Shown piece by piece: positions 19,044-28,037 of a DNA stretch of 64,000 nt. The DNA lies in assembly GCA_035702745.1 (NCBI GenBank), contig DASSZS010000054.1, forward strand, positions 9,656-73,655, read 5' to 3'. This DNA is from Acidimicrobiales bacterium (GTDB lineage: Bacteria > Actinomycetota > Acidimicrobiia > Acidimicrobiales > RAAP-2). The notes beneath the pieces are model-generated. The model made no database searches. It worked only from the letters and a program-made list of their open reading frames with translations, and was not told the DNA's origin. The stretch's first letter is position 1, and every line of letters begins with the position of its first letter. Made by a program: the position numbers and the translations under genes.

Positions 19044-19784
19044 GTGACCCACAACCTGACGGCCGAGACCATCACCATCACGGGCCACAACGGCGACGAG
19101 ATCGAGGCCTACCGCGCCGTGGCGACCGACGTCGAGCGCGCCGGATCAATCGTCGTGATCCACCACATGCCCGGCTACGACGAGGCCTCCAAGGAGATCG
19201 TCCGCAAGTTCGCGGCGAACGGCTACCACGCCCTCATGCCCAACCTCTACCACCGGGTGGCCCCCGGCGCCGCCCCCGACGACGCCGCAGCCACCGCGCG
19301 CAGCCTGGGCGGGGTTTCCGACGAGCAGCTGGTGGGCGACGTCGCCGGCGCGATGGCACACCTCAGGGCGCTGGCGACCTCGAACGGCAAGGTCGCCTCG
19401 ATCGGCTACTGCTCGGGTGGCCGCCAGTCCTTCCTCGCGGGCTGCCGACTTCCCCTGGACGGCGTGATCGACTGCTACGGCGCCTTCGTCGCGGTCGACC
19501 CGCCCTCGGAGTTCCCCCTCAAGGTCAAGGCCGTCATCGGCGAGGCCGGGAACCTCCACGCGCCGCTGCTCGGGCTCTTCGGCGCCGAGGACACCTACCC
19601 CTCCCCCGAGCAGAACGACGCCCTGGCCGCGGCCCTAAGGGCCGCCGGCAAGGAGTTCACCTTCAAGACCTACCCGGGGGCGGGCCACGCGTTCTTCGCC
19701 GTGGACCGGCCCTCGTACCGCCCGGAGGTGGCCACCGAGGCCTGGGGCGAGGTCTTTGACTTCCTCGCGCGGACGGTCGGCTGA
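19044..19784 (+). CDS. Dienelactone hydrolase family protein
   Basis: Cys-Asp-His triad motifs GYCSGG, GAED, GAGHAF. Confidence 0.92.
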   Translation: MTHNLTAETITITGHNGDEIEAYRAVATDVERAGSIVVIHHMPGYDEASKEIVRKFAANGYHALMPNLYHRVAPGAAPDDAAATARSLGGVSDEQLVGDVAGAMAHLRALATSNGKVASIGYCSGGRQSFLAGCRLPLDGVIDCYGAFVAVDPPSEFPLKVKAVIGEAGNLHAPLLGLFGAEDTYPSPEQNDALAAALRAAGKEFTFKTYPGAGHAFFAVDRPSYRPEVATEAWGEVFDFLARTVG

Positions 19785-20059
19785 TGTGCACCTACCAGAG
19801 CGAGCGGCTCACCCTTCGCGCGAGCGGCAAGACGGCCGAGGGCTGGACGCGGCTCACCGACGCGACGGTCTACTTCGACCACCCCGTGCACTTCCCGGCC
19901 GGCCACGCCCTGATGATCGACGTGCTCAACCCGGCGAAGGGACCCAGCGCCCGCGTCGCCCTCGAGCTCGACGCCGAGAGCGCCCGGGCGCTGGCCGGCG
20001 CCATCGTGCGGGCCCTCGACAGCGTCCCCGACGAACTGCGCGGCGAGCTCGCCCCGTGA
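19784..20059 (+). CDS. Small conserved hypothetical protein (DUF6295-like)
   Basis: MCT start, SGK-x2-GW, YFDHPVH-x4-HAL-x-ID, GPSARVALEL. TGATG coupling to the hydrolase. The family name is from recall. Confidence 0.8.
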   Translation: MCTYQSERLTLRASGKTAEGWTRLTDATVYFDHPVHFPAGHALMIDVLNPAKGPSARVALELDAESARALAGAIVRALDSVPDELRGELAP

Positions 20060-21786
20060 GCGTCGCGGCCACCCGTCGCGACCCGCTGGCCCGGCCCCGG
20101 TCGGACCGCTACAAGTGGCTGGTCCTGTCGAACACGACGCTCGGCGTGCTCATGGCCACGATCGACACCTCGATCGTGCTCATCGCGCTGCCCGACGTGT
20201 TCAACGGGATCCGCATCAACCCGCTAGCCCCGGGCAACACCTTCTACCTGCTCTGGATGATCCTCGGCTTCATGATCGTCACCTCGGTACTCGTGGTGAG
20301 CCTCGGGCGCCTGGGCGACATGCTGGGGCGGGTCAAGATGTACAACCTCGGCTTCGTCGTCTACACCTTCTTCTCGTTGTTGCTCTCGATCACCTGGTTC
20401 TCCGGATCCGCCGCGGCGATCTGGCTCGTCGTGATGCGGCTCTTCCAGGGGGTGGGTGCGGCCTTCCTCATCGCGAACTCGGCGGCGATCCTCACCGACG
20501 CCTTCCCCGAGGACCAGCGAGGGATGGCCCTGGGCATAAACCAGATCGCCGGCATCGCCGGGAGCTTCGTCGGACTGGTGCTCGGGGGGCTGCTCGGCCC
20601 GATCCAGTGGCGACTGATCTTCATCATCTCGGTCCCGATCGGGATCTTCGGCTCGATCTGGGCCTACCTCCAGCTGCGCGAGATCCCGGTGCGCAAGGAC
20701 CACCACGTCGACTGGGCCGGCAACCTCACCTTCGCGCTCGGCCTCGTCGCCCTCATGGTCGGGATCACCTACGGGATCCAGCCCTACGGCGGTCACGAGA
20801 TGGGCTGGACCAGCCCCTTCGTCGACGGGTCGCTGGCGCTGGGGGTGTCGAGCCTCGTCGCCTTCGCCCGGCTCGAGCGGCGTTCGTCGGACCCGATGTT
20901 CCGTCTGTCGCTCTTTCGGATCCGGGCCTTCAGCGCCGGGTCGATCTCCACCTTGCTCGCGGCGACGGGCCGGGGCGGGCTGATGTTCACCATGGTCATC
21001 TGGCTCCAGGGGATCTGGCTGCCCCTGCACGGCTACAGCTTCGCCTCCACGCCGCTGTGGGCGGGGATCGCCCTCTTGCCCCTCACGGCGGGGTTCTTGC
21101 TCGCCGGACCCCTGTGCGGCTATCTCTCGGATCGCTACGGATCGCGGGGCTTCACCGTCGGCGGGATGGTCGGCTCGGCGATCTCGTTCCTCCTGCTCGA
21201 GACGCTGCCGGCCGACTTCCCCTACCTCGCCTTCGGGGCGCTCCTGCTGTTGAACGGCCTGTCGATGGGGGCCTTCTCGGCCCCCAACCGGGCGAGCGTG
21301 ATGAACGCGCTGCCGCCCGAGCACCGCGGCGTCGGCTCGGGGATGAACTCGACCTTCCAGAACTCGGGTCAGGTGCTCTCGATCGGCATCTTCTTCACCC
21401 TCATGATCATCGGGCTCTCGCGCACCCTGCCCCCGGCTCTGCGCGCCGGCCTCGCGGCGCGCGGCGTGCCGCGCGCGGTGGCGGCCCACGTGGCCGCCCT
21501 GCCCCCCGTGACGACGCTGTTCGCCTCCTTCCTCGGCTACAACCCCATGGCCAAGCTCCTCGGGCCGCGGGTGCTCGCCTCGCTGCCGACCGGCGCGCGC
21601 GCCGCGATCGTCGGGCGGCGCTTCTTCCCCGGCATCATCCAGAGGGCGTTCGTCACCGGCCTACACCCGGCGCTCGACTTCGCCGCGGCCATCTGCGCGA
21701 TCGCGGCGGTGACCTCCTGGCTGCGCGGGTCGTCCCGGCCCTCGACGAGCGCCGTGCCCGGGGCCGAGGCGCTCGTCGTCGAGTGA
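20056..21786 (+). CDS. MFS transporter, DHA2 family
   Basis: LMATIDTSIV, GRLGDMLGR, RLFQGVGAA, WRLIFIISVPIG. GTGA overlap with the upstream gene. Confidence 0.92.
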   Translation: MSVAATRRDPLARPRSDRYKWLVLSNTTLGVLMATIDTSIVLIALPDVFNGIRINPLAPGNTFYLLWMILGFMIVTSVLVVSLGRLGDMLGRVKMYNLGFVVYTFFSLLLSITWFSGSAAAIWLVVMRLFQGVGAAFLIANSAAILTDAFPEDQRGMALGINQIAGIAGSFVGLVLGGLLGPIQWRLIFIISVPIGIFGSIWAYLQLREIPVRKDHHVDWAGNLTFALGLVALMVGITYGIQPYGGHEMGWTSPFVDGSLALGVSSLVAFARLERRSSDPMFRLSLFRIRAFSAGSISTLLAATGRGGLMFTMVIWLQGIWLPLHGYSFASTPLWAGIALLPLTAGFLLAGPLCGYLSDRYGSRGFTVGGMVGSAISFLLLETLPADFPYLAFGALLLLNGLSMGAFSAPNRASVMNALPPEHRGVGSGMNSTFQNSGQVLSIGIFFTLMIIGLSRTLPPALRAGLAARGVPRAVAAHVAALPPVTTLFASFLGYNPMAKLLGPRVLASLPTGARAAIVGRRFFPGIIQRAFVTGLHPALDFAAAICAIAAVTSWLRGSSRPSTSAVPGAEALVVE

Positions 21787-21787
21787 G

Positions 21788-22300
21788 TCAGCGGGCGTGC
21801 CGGCCGCGCCCGACGGGCGCGAGGACGGTGAGCGAGCCGTAGGTGATGAACGCGATCGCGACGTGCATCCAGACGAGCACCACGACGGCCCGCAGCGGCG
21901 AGCCGACGTAGAAGATGTACGCGTCGGGTAGCAGGAGGACCACCGATACCGCCACGGCCAGTCGCGCGTACAGCCACTCCGGGGCCGAGGTGAGCCGCGC
22001 CACCAGGGGCCAACCCACCCCGGCGAAGACGACGCCGATGACCGTCAGGCGCGCGTAGTCGAAGAAGGCGAAGTGCACGTAGCCGCGCGTGGAGGGGTAG
22101 AGGGTCGTGCCCACACGCACGAGCAGGGCGTCGGCGACGAGCGACGCGATGATCGCCACGACCGTCGCACCCACGACTCGCGCGACCGAGGGCGGTCGCG
22201 GGGGGCGCAGGTCCACGCGCGCGAGGCGCAGAACCGGCCGGGTCCAGTCGGGCAGGACGTCGTGGGCCCTCCCGAGGAGACCGGTGATGCGCACGTCCAT
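21788..22300 (-). CDS. Hypothetical membrane protein (4 TM, DUF6069-like)
   Basis: Four hydrophobic segments with LLLPD and MHVAIA motifs. The family assignment is tentative. Confidence 0.7.
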   Translation of the reverse strand: MDVRITGLLGRAHDVLPDWTRPVLRLARVDLRPPRPPSVARVVGATVVAIIASLVADALLVRVGTTLYPSTRGYVHFAFFDYARLTVIGVVFAGVGWPLVARLTSAPEWLYARLAVAVSVVLLLPDAYIFYVGSPLRAVVVLVWMHVAIAFITYGSLTVLAPVGRGRHAR

Positions 22301-22355
22301 CGCCGCGGCACTCTACGAAATGTCCCTAAGAGTTCTCTAAAGGACCGCCCGCGCC

Positions 22356-23333
22356 CTAGGAGTTCATCGCCTTGTGGATGGTGGTGACGATGCGCTCGAC
22401 CGACGGCAGGGCCATGTCCTCGAGCGTGTCGGCCGCCGGCAGCGGGATGTGGGGGGTCGTGATGCGCACGACCGGCCCGTCGAGGTCGTAGAAGGCCTCC
22501 TCGGCCACGATCGAGGCCACTTCCGCCCCCCAGCCGAGGACCCGGGGGTTCTCCTCCACCGTGAAGAGTCGACCGGTGGCCGACGTCTCTCGCAGGATCG
22601 TCTGGGTGTCGAGGGGGATCAGGGAGCGTACGTCGATCACGGTGCAGTCGATGCCGCCGGCCGCGAGCTCCTCGGCCGCCGCCAGCGCGCGCGGCACCAT
22701 GAGACCGAGCGTGGCGATCGTGGCGTGCGCCCCCTGGCGCAGCACCGTCGCCGTGCCGAGCGTGTCGAGGATCTCGCCCTCGGGGACCTCGCCCTTGCTC
22801 GGGTAGAGGGCCTTGGACTCTAGGAAGACGACCGGGTCGTCGTCGCGCACCGCGGCCGCCATCAGGCCGATGACGTCCCGGGGGTTCGAGGGCACGACCA
22901 CCTTCAGTCCGGGGATCATCATCGCCCAGTTCTCGACGCTCTGGGAGTGCTGGGCCCCGAAGCGCAGTCCCCCGCCGTTGCCCGAGCGGATGACCAGCGG
23001 GAAGCTCATCTGCCCGTTGGTCATGTAGCGCGACTTGGCGATCTCGTTGGCGACGATGTCCCAGCACACGGCGAAGAAGTCCGCGAACATGATCTCGGCG
23101 ATCGGCCGCAGGCCGGTCATGGCCGCCCCCATCGCGGCCCCCAGGATGGCCTGTTCGCTGATGGGCGTGTCACGCACCCGCACCGGCCCGAACTCCTCCA
23201 ACAGCCCGACGGTGCCCTTGAACACCCCGCCGGCTGCCGCGACGTCCTCGCCCAGGAAGAGCACCGACTCGTCCCGTCGCATCTCCTGGGCGATGCCACG
23301 GGCAATCGCCTCTCGGTAGGTCAGTTCCGCCAT
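22356..23333 (-). CDS. ThDP-dependent 2-oxoacid/acetoin dehydrogenase E1 beta subunit
   Basis: LGEDV, RDTPISEQAILG, EIMFADF, GAQHSQ, DVRSLIPLD motifs. Confidence 0.93.
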   Translation of the reverse strand: MAELTYREAIARGIAQEMRRDESVLFLGEDVAAAGGVFKGTVGLLEEFGPVRVRDTPISEQAILGAAMGAAMTGLRPIAEIMFADFFAVCWDIVANEIAKSRYMTNGQMSFPLVIRSGNGGGLRFGAQHSQSVENWAMMIPGLKVVVPSNPRDVIGLMAAAVRDDDPVVFLESKALYPSKGEVPEGEILDTLGTATVLRQGAHATIATLGLMVPRALAAAEELAAGGIDCTVIDVRSLIPLDTQTILRETSATGRLFTVEENPRVLGWGAEVASIVAEEAFYDLDGPVVRITTPHIPLPAADTLEDMALPSVERIVTTIHKAMNS

Positions 23334-24334
23334 TCGGCACCTCCGTTGGCCCAGACGTCCTTCATGAGCAAGTCCTCGCCGGGCGCGGCGCCCGCCTTGG
23401 CCGCCTCGGTGGCGGCGTCGACGTCGGCGTCGACGTCGGCCTCGATGCGCGCGAGGGTGGTCTCGTCGACCCCGAGCTCGACGAGTCGGGCCCGGTAGCG
23501 CGAGACCGGGTCGCGCTCGGCCGAGGTCCAGAACGCGACCTCCTCGTCGGGCCGGTACTTGCCGGGATCGGCCCGGGAGTGACCGCCGTGGCGGTAGGTC
23601 TCGGCCTCGATCAGGCTCGGTCCCTCACCGGCGCGGGCCCGCTCGATGGCGGTGCGCGCGACCTCGTAGACGGCGTCGGCGTCGTTGCCGTCAACGATGA
23701 TGGGCTCGAGACCGTAGGCGGCGGCGCGGTCGGCCGCCGGATGGGCCACCGCGGTCACTTCCGAGGTGCGCGTGTACTCCATGTAGAGGTTGTTCTCGCA
23801 GATGAACACGACCGGGAGTTTCCAGATGGCCGCGAAGTTGAGCGCCTCGTGGAAGGCGCCGATATTCACGGTGCCGTCGCCGAAGAAGGCCACCGCCACC
23901 TGGTCCGTCCCGCGGTACTGAGCGCTCCAGGCCGCCCCGCAGGCGATCGGCAGGTGGGCGCCGATGATGGCGTAGCTGCCCATCACCCCGTGCTCGACGC
24001 TGGTGAGGTGCATCGATCCGCCCTTGCCGGCCATGAGGCCGTTGGCCCGGCCCATCAGCTCAGCGAAGACCGGGGTCATGGCCACCCCGCGGGCGAGGGT
24101 GTGGGCGTGGCCCCGGTAGGTCGCGAACGTCCAGTCGTCGGGTCGCATGGCCGCGGCGACCCCGGCGGCGATCGCCTCCTGACCGATCGAGAGGTGGCTC
24201 GTCCCCTTGACGTAGTTCTCCAAGAACAGGTCGTAGGCGCGCGTCTCGAATCGGCGCAGGGCGACCTGGCTGCGGTAGAGCTCGAGTTTGAAGTCCACGT
24301 CGTGGACGGGAGAGGCCTCGGTGGTCGTCATCAT
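23321..24334 (-). CDS. ThDP-dependent 2-oxoacid/acetoin dehydrogenase E1 alpha subunit
   Basis: HLSIGQEA, TYRGH, GKGGSMH, FFGDG...ENN ThDP motif, TYRHGGHS. Confidence 0.93.
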   Translation of the reverse strand: MMTTTEASPVHDVDFKLELYRSQVALRRFETRAYDLFLENYVKGTSHLSIGQEAIAAGVAAAMRPDDWTFATYRGHAHTLARGVAMTPVFAELMGRANGLMAGKGGSMHLTSVEHGVMGSYAIIGAHLPIACGAAWSAQYRGTDQVAVAFFGDGTVNIGAFHEALNFAAIWKLPVVFICENNLYMEYTRTSEVTAVAHPAADRAAAYGLEPIIVDGNDADAVYEVARTAIERARAGEGPSLIEAETYRHGGHSRADPGKYRPDEEVAFWTSAERDPVSRYRARLVELGVDETTLARIEADVDADVDAATEAAKAGAAPGEDLLMKDVWANGGAEWRN

Positions 24335-24339
24335 CCCTC

Positions 24340-25587
24340 CTAGTACTTGTTCGCGATCATGAGTTCCCGGGCCGGGAAGTGGGTCAGGACCGCCGGGCCC
24401 TCGGGGGTGACCACGACCTCCTCCTCGATTCGAGCCGCCGACACCCCGTCGCTGGCCGGGCAGTAGGTCTCGAGAGCGAACACCATCCCGACCTGCAGCT
24501 CTACCGGCTCCGTGAGGCTGTTGAGCCGGCTGATGATGGGGCGCTCGTGCAGGCCGAGCCCGAGGCCGTGGCCGAACTGGAGACCGAAGGCGGCCATCTC
24601 GTCGGCGAAGCCGAACGACGTCGCCTCGGGCCAGGCCCGCGCGATGACGTCGGTCGTGACCCCCGGCTTCACGAGGTCGATGGCGGCATCCATCCACTCG
24701 CGCGCCCTCGCGTAGGCGTCGCGCTGGGGGCCCGTCGAACTGCCCACCGAGAGGGTGCGGTAATAGCAGGTCCGGTAGCCGTTGAAGGAGTGGATGATGT
24801 CGAAGAAGGCCTGATCACCTGGCCGGATGATCCGATCGGTGAAGTTGTGGGGGTGGGGGTTGCACCGTTCGCCCGAGACGGCGTTCACGGCCTCGACCTG
24901 GTCCGAGCCCATCTCGTAGAGGCGACGGTTGACCAGCGCCACCATCTCGTTCTCGCGGACCCCGGGCTTCAGGGCGTCGAAGACGTCCTGGTACACCCCG
25001 TCGACCATGGCGGCCGCCTGAGCGAGCAGGGTGAGTTCGTCGGGGCTCTTGATCTGGCGCGCGTCGAGCATGATCTGCTGAGCGTCGCGAACCTGGACGC
25101 CGGCGCGCTCGAGCTCGAAGAGGAAGGGCAGCTCGACGATGTCGAGGCCCACCGGCTGATCGAGGACCCCAGCGTCAGAGAGGAGGCCCACGATCTCGCG
25201 CACCGCCGACTCGAACAGGCCCGCGGAGGGGGCGATCGCCCCGCGCATCCCGAGCATGCCGGCTCGGCAGTTCTCCTTGGCCAACCACGGAGCGAACAGC
25301 TGGTGGTGGCGCGCGGCCGAGCCGAAGTCCCACAGGATCGGCTCGCCCCCCCGGGGGAGCAGGCAGTAGCGGGTCATCTTGTCGCCGAGCGCCCCACCCA
25401 CCCAGGTCTGGGAGACGTAGCGGATGTTGTAGAAGTCGAAGAGCAGGAGCGCCCCGAGGTCGCTGCGCTCGAGGGCCTCGCGCGCCCGCGCCAATCGGTA
25501 GGCCCGCAGCCGATCGAAGTCCACCCGGGTCTCGAAGTCGACTCCGTGGAACCCCGGCGTGGCCACGACCGGGCCGAACCCCTCCAT
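24340..25587 (-). CDS. M24 (pita-bread fold) hydrolase, creatinase/DddP/DoeA-like N-terminus
   Basis: VDFDRLRAYRL N-domain, IKSPDEL, FFD, GHGLGLGLHE, FALE and RIEE. The second metal Asp position reads GYRTCYYRT. Confidence 0.85.
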   Translation of the reverse strand: MEGFGPVVATPGFHGVDFETRVDFDRLRAYRLARAREALERSDLGALLLFDFYNIRYVSQTWVGGALGDKMTRYCLLPRGGEPILWDFGSAARHHQLFAPWLAKENCRAGMLGMRGAIAPSAGLFESAVREIVGLLSDAGVLDQPVGLDIVELPFLFELERAGVQVRDAQQIMLDARQIKSPDELTLLAQAAAMVDGVYQDVFDALKPGVRENEMVALVNRRLYEMGSDQVEAVNAVSGERCNPHPHNFTDRIIRPGDQAFFDIIHSFNGYRTCYYRTLSVGSSTGPQRDAYARAREWMDAAIDLVKPGVTTDVIARAWPEATSFGFADEMAAFGLQFGHGLGLGLHERPIISRLNSLTEPVELQVGMVFALETYCPASDGVSAARIEEEVVVTPEGPAVLTHFPARELMIANKY

Positions 25588-26519
25588 CAGCGTCCCCCCA
25601 GCCCGTCGTCGACCTCGATGCCCTCGGGCACCATCGTCAGGCCGGCGGCCCGCGCCTCCTCGGCGAGCAAGACGGCGAAATCCTCGCTGGTGTGACCGGC
25701 CCCCACCGCCGCCTGGACGATCTCAGCGCAGACCGCGGCGAGGGGCATCGGCACGTGGTGCTCGCGTGCGGCGGCCAGGCCGAGGTCGAAGTCCTTTCGC
25801 AGGAGCACCGGGGTGAAGGTCGGGGTGAAGTCAAGGTTCACGAAGGCCGGCGTCTTGTAGCGCGAGAAGGTCGAGCCGAGGACCGAGTCGTTGAGGAACG
25901 AGAGCAGCGCGCTGCGCTTGACGCCGCCGCGCTCGGCCAGGACCGTCACCTCGGCCAACGCCTGGGTGACGACACCGAGAATGACGTTGTGGCAGATCTT
26001 GACCAGCCGCGCGGCCTCGCCCTCGCCGACGTAGGTCACGCCGCGACCGATGTCGCGCAGCATCGCCTCCACCTCGTCGAAGGCCGCCCGCTCGCCCGAC
26101 ACGGCCAGGGTGAGGTTGCCGCTGGCCACCACTTTGGGGTTGCCGCTCACCGGGGCGGCGAGGAAGGCGACCCCGCGCGCCGCGCAGGCCGCCCGGACCG
26201 CGGCCGAGGTCTCGGTTGACACGGTCGAGCTGTCCACGACCACCCGCGGCGCGCGTTGCGGGTCAGCGAGCACACCCCCGGGCCCGGTCGTCACCTCGAG
26301 CAGGTCGTCGTTGGCCGAGACCATGACGAAGACCACGTCATGGCCGGCGAGGTCGACCGGCCGGTCGACCACCGAGGCCCCCCGCGCGAGTAGGGCCTCG
26401 GCCTTCGCCCGAGTGCGGTTCGTGGCCGTCACCTCGCGGCCCGCCGCGAGCAGCCGCGTCGCCATGGCCGAGCCCATCCGCCCGCATCCGATCCACCCGA
26501 TTCGCGTCGCCTCGCCCAC
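25587..26519 (-). CDS. Beta-hydroxyacid dehydrogenase family (3-hydroxyisobutyrate dehydrogenase-like) oxidoreductase
   Basis: GWIGCGRMG, NRT, APVSG, catalytic VKICHN, KDFDL motifs. Confidence 0.88.
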   Translation of the reverse strand: MGEATRIGWIGCGRMGSAMATRLLAAGREVTATNRTRAKAEALLARGASVVDRPVDLAGHDVVFVMVSANDDLLEVTTGPGGVLADPQRAPRVVVDSSTVSTETSAAVRAACAARGVAFLAAPVSGNPKVVASGNLTLAVSGERAAFDEVEAMLRDIGRGVTYVGEGEAARLVKICHNVILGVVTQALAEVTVLAERGGVKRSALLSFLNDSVLGSTFSRYKTPAFVNLDFTPTFTPVLLRKDFDLGLAAAREHHVPMPLAAVCAEIVQAAVGAGHTSEDFAVLLAEEARAAGLTMVPEGIEVDDGLGGR

Positions 26520-26533
26520 CGCGCCTCCTCCGG

Positions 26534-27274
26534 TCAACCCGTGACCGTCTCTTCGATCGACCCCCCGAGGTACAGGGCTCCGATCTCGGGATGGTGGAGC
26601 ACCTCGTGGCCGCTGCCGAGCAACCGCACCCGGCCGTTCTCCATCACCACGCCCTGATCGGCGAGGCGCAGGGCCTGTCGAGCGTTCTGCTCGACCAGCA
26701 CGATGGTGCGACCGGCCTCGTTCATCCCCCGAACGGTCTGGAACATCTGGCGCAGGGTCTTGGGGTCGAGGCCCATCGAGGGCTCGTCCAGCACGACGAG
26801 CGTGGGGTCGAGCATGAGGCCCCGGGCGAACTCCACGAGGCGCTGCTGGCCGCCCGAGAGCGCCCCGGCCTTGTCGTCAGCGCGCTCGGACACGATGGGG
26901 AAGGCCGCAGCCACCCGCTCGTAGCGCTCGGCGATGACCCGCTTGTCGCGCACGAGGTACGCCCCTAGCTCGACGTTCTGGCGCACCGTCATCTCGCGAA
27001 AGAGGCTGTGGTTCTGGGGTACCTGGACGATCCCGCGCTCCAGGATCTGACGGGGACTGCGCCCGACGAGGTTCTCGCCCTGGAAGGTGATCGACCCGAG
27101 GCGGGGACGCACCAGGCCACTCACCGTCTTGAGAAGCGTCGACTTGCCCGAGCCGTTGGGGCCGACGATGCAGGTGATGCCCCCGGCGGGCACGTCGAAA
27201 CTGACACCCTTCAAGACGTCGCCCCCGCCGTAGCCGGCGACCACCCCGTCGAAGGAGAGGACCGTCTCAGCCAC
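26534..27274 (-). CDS. livF: Liv/HAAT-type ABC transporter ATPase
   Basis: GPNGSGKST, LSGGQQ, LDEPSMGL, LVEQN. Confidence 0.9.
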   Translation of the reverse strand: MAETVLSFDGVVAGYGGGDVLKGVSFDVPAGGITCIVGPNGSGKSTLLKTVSGLVRPRLGSITFQGENLVGRSPRQILERGIVQVPQNHSLFREMTVRQNVELGAYLVRDKRVIAERYERVAAAFPIVSERADDKAGALSGGQQRLVEFARGLMLDPTLVVLDEPSMGLDPKTLRQMFQTVRGMNEAGRTIVLVEQNARQALRLADQGVVMENGRVRLLGSGHEVLHHPEIGALYLGGSIEETVTG

Positions 27275-28037
27275 CGGCCACCTCCTCGAACTCGTCGTCG
27301 CCGCCGCCTAAGTACGCGTCGAGCACCTTGGGGTCGCGGCGAACCTCCTCGGGGGTCCCCGAGACGAGGTTGCAGCCCTGGTGCATCACGGTGACCCGAT
27401 CGCACAGGCTCATGACGAACTCCATGTTGTGCTCCACGATGAGGAACGTCTTGCCCTGGGCGTTGAGGGCCCGAATCTTCTCGGCGATGCGATTGATGAG
27501 CGTGAGGTTCACGCCCCCCGCCGGCTCGTCGAGGAGGATGACCTGGGGATCGGCGACCAGCACGTAGGCGAGCTCGAGCAGTTTGCGTTGGCCGTAGGAG
27601 AGGGCGCCGGCCTGCAGCTCGGCCAGTTCCGCGATGCCGACGAAGTCGAGCAGCTCCAGGGCGGTCGCCACCTCCTCGGCCGAGGACTTGGACCGGGTGA
27701 GTCCGCGCAGCCACCCCTCCTTGCGCTGGGTCGCCACCAGCATGTTCTCGAGCACGCTCAGGCGCTCGAAGATCCGCGTGAGCTGGAAGGTCCGCCCGAT
27801 CCCTCGGGCGAAGACCTGGTTCGGCCTGAGCCCCGTAATGTCCTCGTCGCGGAAGCGCACCGCCCCCTGGTCGGCCCGGACGTAGCCCGTCACGACGTTG
27901 AACAGGGTCGTCTTGCCCGAGCCGTTGGGCCCGATGAGCCCGGCGATGGACCCCTCGTCGACCTCGAGGGAGCAAGCCTGGAGGGCCTGGACTCCGCCGA
28001 AGGCGCGGCTGACCCCCGTGACCGACAGGATCGACAT
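27267..28037 (-). CDS. livG: Liv/HAAT-type ABC transporter ATPase
   Basis: GPNGSGKTT, GIGRTFQ, LSYGQRK, LDEPAGG, VEHNM. Confidence 0.9.
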   Translation of the reverse strand: MSILSVTGVSRAFGGVQALQACSLEVDEGSIAGLIGPNGSGKTTLFNVVTGYVRADQGAVRFRDEDITGLRPNQVFARGIGRTFQLTRIFERLSVLENMLVATQRKEGWLRGLTRSKSSAEEVATALELLDFVGIAELAELQAGALSYGQRKLLELAYVLVADPQVILLDEPAGGVNLTLINRIAEKIRALNAQGKTFLIVEHNMEFVMSLCDRVTVMHQGCNLVSGTPEEVRRDPKVLDAYLGGGDDEFEEVAGG

